Program-made: the position numbers and the translations under genes | The notes under the pieces: generated by a model | Told to the model about the DNA's origin: nothing | The model's input: only the letters and a program-made list of their open reading frames with translations | The model's database searches: none | Assembly: GCA_046496745.1 (NCBI GenBank) | Contig: JAWOGQ010000032.1 | Coordinates: forward strand, 1 to 34,651 | Source of the DNA: Candidatus Woesearchaeota archaeon | GTDB taxonomy: Archaea; Nanobdellota; Nanobdellia; Woesearchaeales; JACJVW01 | Reading direction: 5' to 3' | DNA length: 34,651 bases | In this document: positions 29,801 to 34,651 of the stretch, piece after piece | How positions within the stretch are numbered: the first letter of the stretch is position 1 | Layout of the letters: every line of letters starts with the position of its first letter

Positions 29801-32800
29801 ACCGAATGTCACAGCATATAACCCTGGGAATGATTCACTCAAGACTGTCCCTAATATTGCAATGGGCTTTCATGTCTATGATGCAGGTGAGCTTGATTCA
29901 TGTGAACTTTATGGTAACTGGAGCGGATGGCATCTGAACCAGACGATGAGCAACCCTGAAAACGGAGGTTTTCCTAACATAAATTATTTTTCAGCAATAA
30001 CACTTCTCTCCGGGAATTATTCCTGGTATGTAACATGTAATGACACTAATGGAAACAGGGGAACAAGCAAGAATTTCACTTTTGATGTTTATCTTGTTGC
30101 GCCAACCATAACATTATTGCATCCTCCGGCAGATCATATAGGAGAACCGGGAGATTATGATTTTAATTATACAGTGTCACAACCTGATGATGAGGTAGGG
30201 ATAGATAACTGTTCTCTTTATATCGATGGTGTACTTAACCAGACAGATTACATGATACCTAAAGATATAGAGCAGAGTTTTAGTGTAAATGATCTTGATT
30301 ATGGGGAATATGAATGGAGGGTAGAATGTTCTGCAAACAATACCCTTGATGGTGCGAAACAACGAAACCTTTACCTCTATGACCTTAATATCACAGGACC
30401 TCTGAATGATACCAAGGTTGACAGGGATAATATCTCTGGATATCCGGATTCAATAAAACTTGTTGCAGAAGAGCTTTCAGGTTCAAATGATACAGAAGTG
30501 ATATTCAAGGCAAACATGACAGACCCTGCACTGGGAGAGGTAGTGCTTGGTTCAAACTTCACAAGCAGTGGTGTTGCGGAGTTAAATCTCAACCCGAACA
30601 GTTCTATCCTTGCAGGGAATTATACCTGGTGGGCTGAATTCGCGGACGGAAAGAGAAGCCTGGACCAGCGAAGGTTCTCAGTATATGGTGGGGTCAATCT
30701 GAGATTTGAGAATCCTGTCCTTGATCCTGATCCAGTATATGAATATAATGATAATGTTACCATAAATGTCTCAGCTGATTCGATTGGAGACGAGACTGAA
30801 AACCAGCTTATCAACTCGTATGGCCTGGCGATAGATGCAAACCTATCCAATGATGAGAATCATTACTCTGCCCTGGGCTATGCAGGTTCAGTCTTTACAG
30901 GAAGTGTCAATACTACTATACTGAAAAAGCATGGAGAGTGGAATGTATCGATGTTGCCTTCCCTTCCAAGCAGGTATCTTGTTGTTAATTCAACCGAAAG
31001 CAGGACATTCTTCCTGAATGTTACTGGTTATGGTATTCCTGCCATATCCCTGAATTATCCCCCTGACAATACAAATGTCACTACAACCAGCATAGATTTC
31101 AACTGGACTGCAAATGATTCTGTTGAAGATATCGTATCTTGTAACCTGACAATAAACGGAACCGTGAATGCTTCTAATATAACATCGAACAGCAGCATAC
31201 CAAAGGTATACAAGGTTTCAGGGTTCTCACCCGGCACATATGACTGGAATGTTACCTGTTGGGATATTGCGGGCAATGTGAACACATCTGCGACATACAA
31301 TTTTACAGTCCCTGACTCTTCTTCAGACCTGGTTCTTACTCACCAGGATGTTGCAAGGGTATACAGGGTGATCAATTTTACTGCAAATTATACCAATGCA
31401 GATGCTGAAGGGATTGACGGGAACTGCTCAATCAATTTCTCTGATGGTATCACTGCAAATCTCACTTTCAACACTACAGGAAACGATGCTTACAGTTATT
31501 CCAGGATTTTTAATTCAACAGGAACATATATCTGGAATGTGGATTGCAATCATTCATTCTATGCTGCACAGTCAGAGACTGATTCCATATTTATCAATAG
31601 AAGCTTTAGCGATGTGGTTGCTCCTGTAAACGGTACCAAAGTGGATCGTGATGGAAGCCATGCGGATAGTGATACTATAACCATAATCTCACATATACCC
31701 GGAGATCCTCAAGGGGTGAACATGACATTCTTCCTGAAGCAGAATCAGCCCTTCTCAAAAGAGCCTGTCATGATAGGTCATAATGTAACTGATATGAACG
31801 GGAATGCCACCCTTACTTATGATCCGCCTAGCTCTTTGTATGCAGGTAATTATACGATATTCTCCAATTCAACATACACTGACAACAGGTCTGTAAGGGA
31901 CAGTTTTGTCATAGGGTCCCTTGACCTTGAGATCTTATCATATCCTGAGGCATCTTATGAGCATAACAGTACGGTGCCAATCCATGTCAATATCACCTCT
32001 GGACATGAGAACTATTCAGAGCTCTATTATAACTACTCGATGGATGAGGATCTTTTGGCTTTCATGGAGGCAACAACAATAAAGAATGATTCATTTGACA
32101 TATTTCTTATGAATGAATGGAATTCATCCATATTCATCAATGTCAGTGATGAGAAGGGAACATGGAACCTGACTGTTAACCATAGCTCCTCGTATTTCTA
32201 TCCGGTTTCAGACAGCAGGACAGTCAATATAACTGCATATCTTACCAATATCAGTATATGGGACCAGTATGATGCGAAGGGAGGCTTTGTCGATCCTTAT
32301 GTATATGAGAACCTTGCTTTTTATGCCAACTATACTGATTCAAGCGGAGTATTCCTGAGTTCTGCGAACTGCAATTTCTCTTTTGATGACGGGACTTCGT
32401 TTATGGGAAGCGAGGGAGCGGTCTATGAGTACCTTACAAAGCAGTTCACTGAACCGGGCAGCCATTCATGGAATGTCACCTGTAACCTTACAGAGTATGA
32501 AGCTGCAACAAGCTCTACAAGCATCAGGGTGTATCCTAAGACAAATGTATCGCTTGCTTATAATGTCACATCTGTGGCAGATAACAGGTATGATATATCG
32601 ATCCTTATAACTAACCAGGCATACCCTGAGACCATCAATGCATATGATTATGTTCCGCCTGGATTCGAGGATCATAGTTATAGTTATGGGCCTAATGAGA
32701 CGTATCCTGTCAATGGAGGGAATGCGACGAAGTTCAATATCTCGGTTGTTGCATCTGAACACATAGATTACAGTGTCAACGGGTCAGGAGATTACAGTCC

Positions 32801-32828
32801 ATCATGGCTTTACATGTTCGCTAGCTGA
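20853..32828 (+). CDS. Giant (~3,990 aa) secreted multi-domain surface protein/adhesin
   Basis: Uninterrupted ORF. ATG 20853 begins a signal peptide (MSNIVKRGMVYILFLLVVALVHG). Contains Ig-like repeats, DUF2341-like, golvesin/CBM-like and MG2-like segments and dense N-x-S/T sequons. Confidence 0.92.
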   Translation: MSNIVKRGMVYILFLLVVALVHGQEVSVDLDTGSGYAKGDSGDILASTSINGIKVLSIPMELEVTSPDGFVERFNFSNKFDGNQKLTYEFEHSGEYVMEAIAEVSGVEYSEKKTVEVAKPAIDFNLSVDTVLSGVKGNITLNGGKVDILLFDPSSKQVTPLCNFECTNCSFSCDTDFSKQAYTLIAKATVNGIQYMRTQPLYLSDKEYMGECADDLSGKVGSQVRFPFSGDSFEIIGPNQFYERSGMPFFTPPHEGLYDIFAIGDDICLARVNVSRQDDTLYVDEFPFDLVYHPEYGTAFIRAKINLTNHSKVQFSGLEDHIVSVFDLDAGKELDPSAIEPEGEELLLGVDLKRYGGKTLLAEPFDYERDERDHGALISIASKYSDFYIPLDDHVYDVYSETYEDPVLYDDFFIGKPDDYVVSVLEPLEETMSFGNETYNVSLDCDSFVVESSDPGEFYVNGKAKGIVNDTLQVEGCGDMVLRYEGEAFDIMIDRNITVQADLPDYTIVGNQSFSFEVSPEADSYSYRILDLSGNEHDLGESNVSSKNLDLPAGSWYLQTMLHYGEKNRSFIESIDVYEGDSFFFGPGKNVSITSGETALLKHSLVNELSAARSFRIKVPEEVTAFIDDGDDMRELEYDGSYLTGELEPYEKRIIFFEITPVNDTSFNIEVSSEEQSVERTDRVFIESYRDLFADLDLYQLTFENGTIVSRIRNNNDRAESFDLELNIFGSSNITLKANATVPADSEITIEKDIFMKRGLVKAGLMDGKVPFHDTDLSNNNRSLVFGKPDIPSADFVYRIPVSEREGREQYDYMVRVNLDPSGIDLSSIGFVYLDHEESFLSKSPSFRVLDTRPFSLIFPISRLPANRENTVYLYYNHSDTQDTESFMKEHNSKVEWDSESFIDNTDTNTIGRWVPDYGVSGYHGMDYLHDLDMGKGEKFVVYPFDYKEAGYELYYHSPVDSSFSRSTKCTVNHKHGTDTFSIDQTRDDVSYLGMYDLDEDSSLVIHNTQTKGVVVADAFRLIRIDHLAQPELETWDGPSNMTLYRTLSNTSFARVNVREYMEGNLSFEAKGLLYEFDDPYLNLTLEDYFGKIIVEGHNTSLTIYVSKNRETKSKVVSDIEIGKPVKWRVPLDGSAAIPNDVENISSDDVVISVDGKDISVSEFRDLKKAKRLKGKLKDMKGLGKSFARSKVKSEIEELERNLPNVNITKNLTVRSDSLEFVEYTTSAPKLKKLEDKEALSRVKVYSNVSMHYHNITSYTDIPATAVKPRLYHVIEGKRHDITNDDRYNVTFYDTDGDDLYDHVRWIVPQLSEQYFEVGVATINTNKSLYHPGETARIMAAVLDNEGYLVSDADVHIRVTDPYNSTVTFSDVTEVSQGIYAVNYDTTYPGDHEISVHANASGVNNSMYSMFKVKEDYEFDIIRDVPMATDPWKGSFRSEITIYSTSNETFSFIERLPENLSLTEAKGADISQNGTYLEWSNLTNGSVVEYYARPPLVAPDVYELGPAQVRYGNVTFEEARPWYLAIDPLEPQVKYCTSITTTGTATNDNTGTCAQVNASDDVNPAGGDNALEADSDGGNAVAVVTFDSNSNPYYPVVDAKLTMEWAVEDTGGNTCAIDINNGSGWHNIHNDCTGHGGTATSDIVASYDVSAHIPNGEVANGFQVRLTYAASADGAGWDPDTTDELYFDHVMLDLNLTSPPGYSIWGLNVSNGDDVVRGENILAYAYWNYTDGISDALLEHDGSGSYTNYTIPSPYTADWTNYTMDTSNTTRFAGVGRVTVSSIHARDVDGYKATSPSKYFYLYGYSNISESTLSSAVVNESESATFSCRVLDNDLGTPILDYTVYFYKEGVYMTSVKTDSTGWADYTDSYDTPGTSGLSCSISDSGYYIANANESSTSITVHDHSVPSIDLLSPDDNVQDIDGNITFVFNVSDEWSGIDNCSLVINGSVNHTGPASEVGNNSIDTMLPFGVWEWNINCTDDSVNNNEGSSEKRIINVAPDTTPPSIDHQEPPDGVDTGRNVTLIFNATDELSNVSSCTLIFDGIENQTESSIVDGEWISMNLTNLDSGIHTWRVNCSDDSPAENWDRSSTWTFNVGEDKSPPDITLYSPENDSIDTDGNVSFIYNASDFMSDVASCSLYINGSLNQTSTSINDSTQSFFIPDMAEGDWYYFINCTDNSANSNTGKSEVRYFTVDYDFLEPDVTLIDPLNYFSTVTGDITFTYNVTDESSIDSCSLIIDGMINKTDDTISKNSEQTFSLTGLSDGNYTWAVNCTDASDGMYTGGSETRNFSVGPDEEGPVITLFAPINDSVDTDGSVSFTYKVVDATSGIDSCKLYVDGTIEDTDTSVLEDEEQSLSATLGDGMYDWNINCTDDSPQKNMGSSEVRILNVSITYETDYSITMDDHYVSQGEYMQADVYLEDGLGSSITGADAYGYIIRNPGVDNQTLPWTNSSFPLRKEIPLTNTGGEGIQNAPVSLTLDTASIIAAGDMDAACNDLRFGDQGNYELDYYFWDADTGCDDPASPVLVKVKRVWPSATNRIGMYYGNAAASSSENRDAFPVVDNFDDGDTFASNYWGTVYSNADDEWEISGASAYDGGNAARSQIYDEAGSSRDSSFGKEIEVTANSTLHWHWRVSSGNAQLTFYLDGTAVDTTTSTTYVAGSQAITPGTHTIRWEFNHPGDGAGWAPTTYSGFADQIYLVSDNIVQGTTTSESEFVETLVKQTTDSNGRATLAWDTRGFAAGDYSITGYGSKGSYWEDNGFFNFRLGPDIESPWYTEWGLNISDGDIVVRNEKVKAYSYWHDLVNLSSGLIQHTGEGTENNYSIAIDKDRSAWANYTLDTASPQFTTLGRVNVTTIHVNDSSDNWNKTSPVKYFRLFSTSELNDSALNMTAVSEGNYFNASCHVRDEFDNTSIQGYNVSFYLDGNYKGEAVTDATGWAELSIQATSVGDNTPVLCKIIDQPGINYYSGEPYNLTTYIDVTDMVPPNVTAYNPGNDSLKTVPNIAMGFHVYDAGELDSCELYGNWSGWHLNQTMSNPENGGFPNINYFSAITLLSGNYSWYVTCNDTNGNRGTSKNFTFDVYLVAPTITLLHPPADHIGEPGDYDFNYTVSQPDDEVGIDNCSLYIDGVLNQTDYMIPKDIEQSFSVNDLDYGEYEWRVECSANNTLDGAKQRNLYLYDLNITGPLNDTKVDRDNISGYPDSIKLVAEELSGSNDTEVIFKANMTDPALGEVVLGSNFTSSGVAELNLNPNSSILAGNYTWWAEFADGKRSLDQRRFSVYGGVNLRFENPVLDPDPVYEYNDNVTINVSADSIGDETENQLINSYGLAIDANLSNDENHYSALGYAGSVFTGSVNTTILKKHGEWNVSMLPSLPSRYLVVNSTESRTFFLNVTGYGIPAISLNYPPDNTNVTTTSIDFNWTANDSVEDIVSCNLTINGTVNASNITSNSSIPKVYKVSGFSPGTYDWNVTCWDIAGNVNTSATYNFTVPDSSSDLVLTHQDVARVYRVINFTANYTNADAEGIDGNCSINFSDGITANLTFNTTGNDAYSYSRIFNSTGTYIWNVDCNHSFYAAQSETDSIFINRSFSDVVAPVNGTKVDRDGSHADSDTITIISHIPGDPQGVNMTFFLKQNQPFSKEPVMIGHNVTDMNGNATLTYDPPSSLYAGNYTIFSNSTYTDNRSVRDSFVIGSLDLEILSYPEASYEHNSTVPIHVNITSGHENYSELYYNYSMDEDLLAFMEATTIKNDSFDIFLMNEWNSSIFINVSDEKGTWNLTVNHSSSYFYPVSDSRTVNITAYLTNISIWDQYDAKGGFVDPYVYENLAFYANYTDSSGVFLSSANCNFSFDDGTSFMGSEGAVYEYLTKQFTEPGSHSWNVTCNLTEYEAATSSTSIRVYPKTNVSLAYNVTSVADNRYDISILITNQAYPETINAYDYVPPGFEDHSYSYGPNETYPVNGGNATKFNISVVASEHIDYSVNGSGDYSPSWLYMFAS
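26556..28020 (+). repeat. Five tandem ~98-aa Ig-like coding repeats, each with two Cys
   Basis: Recurring D..P.I.L..P....G.V.F.YN..D..S.I.SC.L.I.G...W.INCTD in the translation; diverged at DNA level. Confidence 0.85.
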
Positions 32829-34308
32829 TAAGAAGGAAGATTATAAGACCTAAAGCTGCTAGTTCGTAAGTCAGGTACACCATCTTCTCATTATATCTTT
32901 TCTTATTTATCAGGTAGAAAACAAAGCTTCCAAGTATTATGGATCCGATAAGAATAAGTCTCTCTTTGATAAGAAGGTTGAGCATTAATGCTGAAAAGAA
33001 GAATAAGGTTCCAATGATGAGCTTGCCTTTTCTCAGGCCGAAAATGGTGGGTATCGTCCTGATTCCTGCTTTCTTGTCTCCCTTGTAATCCTTTATATCT
33101 ATGAAGTTTGATGCTGATGTTACCATCAATACAACAATCGGGATTATCTCTGCTGGAAATTCCCTCATCGAAAGCCTTACGATGATGAAACCTATTATCA
33201 TGAGGATTATGGAATTGATACCTATAACTGACTTGGAAAGGAAAGGAACTCTCTTGAACCTTATTGGGGGCATTGAATACAGGTAGTAGTTGCCGATGAA
33301 TACTGCTATGAGGAATACTATCTTGGGGCTTACTGCTGCTGCTATCAGAAGGGATGCTGCAAGGGAGAGCCAGCCTATTGCCTGGTATGTATGTGGGGGG
33401 ATATCTCCTTTGACATGGGGCCTTTTGGAGTTTGTTATCCTGTCTATCTCATAATCCTCCCTGTTGTTGGTTATGATGGAAAAGATTATACCAAACACAA
33501 GGCTCAGAGGGACCAGGAGGAAATCAAGCAGGTTGTCTTCTGTATATATCTGTAGTCCATCTCTTGCAAGGACTATTCCCAGGATGAAGAAAAGAAGGTA
33601 GTGGATGATGCTCAGGTAGCGCAGGTCTTTTAGGATTGCAACAAGGTAGTTGCGATGAGTCATGGATGTGATCAGGATTGTTAGTATGAAGGAAAGGATT
33701 ATGAAGAACTTGATGAAATCGATGTCATTGGTTGCGGTTGGCAGATTGAATAGCTTGTTGAGGCCTTTTAATGCAAACGGAGTTGAAGCCCAGGCAAAGA
33801 TCCAGCAATATTCAAGGAAGACATATCCTATGCTTTTCAGGAGGTGTCCTGTCTTTGAATAGAGATAATAGAGACTACCCAGCAGTACAAGCCCTACTTC
33901 TATACGGATCCCTGGAGTTGCTCCCATCCCTGGATATTCACCAAAGAAAGTTATGAAGGATGTGAAAAGGTCATGGTACTCAGGGAGGAGATAGGTCATG
34001 TTGATGCCTGCACCTTTGCTTAGCAGAAGGTCAATCAATGGGACAATTATGAGTATGGCAAAACCCGGGAGAATGACTCTTGCTGTCCTTTCAATGGATT
34101 CTCTGGTTGCATAGGAGAAGAGTATCAGGAGTCCAAGCATGAGAACTATGTAACTTGATGTATAGTGCAGGACCCTTACCAGGAAAAGGGGGGTATTGTC
34201 AGAGAATAGTTCAAGGAATGTACGAAGGGCAATTATTGCGATGAATGTTATGATGTAATTGAGAAGACTTGTATTATTTTCCTGAAGCCTTTGTATGATA
34301 TGTTTCAT
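32821..34308 (-). CDS. UbiA-family prenyltransferase with an N-terminal multi-TM extension
   Basis: NNREDYEIDRITNSKRP, YLYSMPPIRFKR and DIKDYKGDKKAGIRTIP in the C-terminal half; ~225 extra hydrophobic N-terminal residues. Confidence 0.85.
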   Translation of the reverse strand: MKHIIQRLQENNTSLLNYIITFIAIIALRTFLELFSDNTPLFLVRVLHYTSSYIVLMLGLLILFSYATRESIERTARVILPGFAILIIVPLIDLLLSKGAGINMTYLLPEYHDLFTSFITFFGEYPGMGATPGIRIEVGLVLLGSLYYLYSKTGHLLKSIGYVFLEYCWIFAWASTPFALKGLNKLFNLPTATNDIDFIKFFIILSFILTILITSMTHRNYLVAILKDLRYLSIIHYLLFFILGIVLARDGLQIYTEDNLLDFLLVPLSLVFGIIFSIITNNREDYEIDRITNSKRPHVKGDIPPHTYQAIGWLSLAASLLIAAAVSPKIVFLIAVFIGNYYLYSMPPIRFKRVPFLSKSVIGINSIILMIIGFIIVRLSMREFPAEIIPIVVLMVTSASNFIDIKDYKGDKKAGIRTIPTIFGLRKGKLIIGTLFFFSALMLNLLIKERLILIGSIILGSFVFYLINKKRYNEKMVYLTYELAALGLIIFLLIS

Positions 34309-34430
34309 GTGCTTAATCAGAGAGGCATAATTTAAATAATTATTGTCCTTTACGCAATATATATTTTATATGTCTTCCCTTCTATAGTAGTGACAAATGT
34401 TTTTATAACTAGTATGCAGGATACTGCCTG

Positions 34431-34651
34431 ATGATCAGGACCATACTGCTTTTGTTGCTTATCAGTTCAGTCTGGGCAATAAAGGTATTTCCTGAGGATA
34501 AGGAACTTGATTCTTATGAGGGTGAGCAGACTCATGTGATAACTTACCTGAATGACGGGCCAAAGGCGGAGAATATTGTCCTGGAGATAAGTGATGATAC
34601 GGATTATCTGGAAGATCATGTGAATATCGAGCCATACCAGTTTGTGCTTGA
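34431..34651 (+). CDS. Secreted hypothetical protein, N-terminal part (runs off window)
   Basis: Manual translation MIRTILLLLLISSVWA/IKVFPEDKELDSYEGEQ..., open to the window end; TTTTATAA ~23 nt upstream. Confidence 0.7.
   Translation, partial: MIRTILLLLLISSVWAIKVFPEDKELDSYEGEQTHVITYLNDGPKAENIVLEISDDTDYLEDHVNIEPYQFVL

Overview
Archaeal chromosomal window; gene content, compact spacing and mostly leaderless genes suggest a DPANN organism such as Woesearchaeota (inference). Housekeeping genes: maf (partial), an MTA/SAH-type deaminase, aRF1, leuS, an intron-containing tRNA-Ile(GAT) and tRNA-Asn(GTT). These are interleaved with a split archaellum locus (flaF/G-flaH-flaI-flaJ, then an A24 peptidase and flaB) and several surface-protein genes, including a ~3,990-aa giant. 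Main signals: (1) three copies of a 135-143 bp MITE with 11-bp terminal inverted repeats and perfect 9-bp target-site duplications, each 6-7 nt upstream of a TATA-like box; (2) a tyrosine-recombinase-fold gene lacking most catalytic residues, overlapping the start of the giant gene; (3) a 1,158-aa single-pass protein with an apparently inactive cytoplasmic C39-like domain; (4) a LeuRS with a bacterial-type core and archaeal-type C-terminus. All family calls come from motif recognition by eye; no searches were run.
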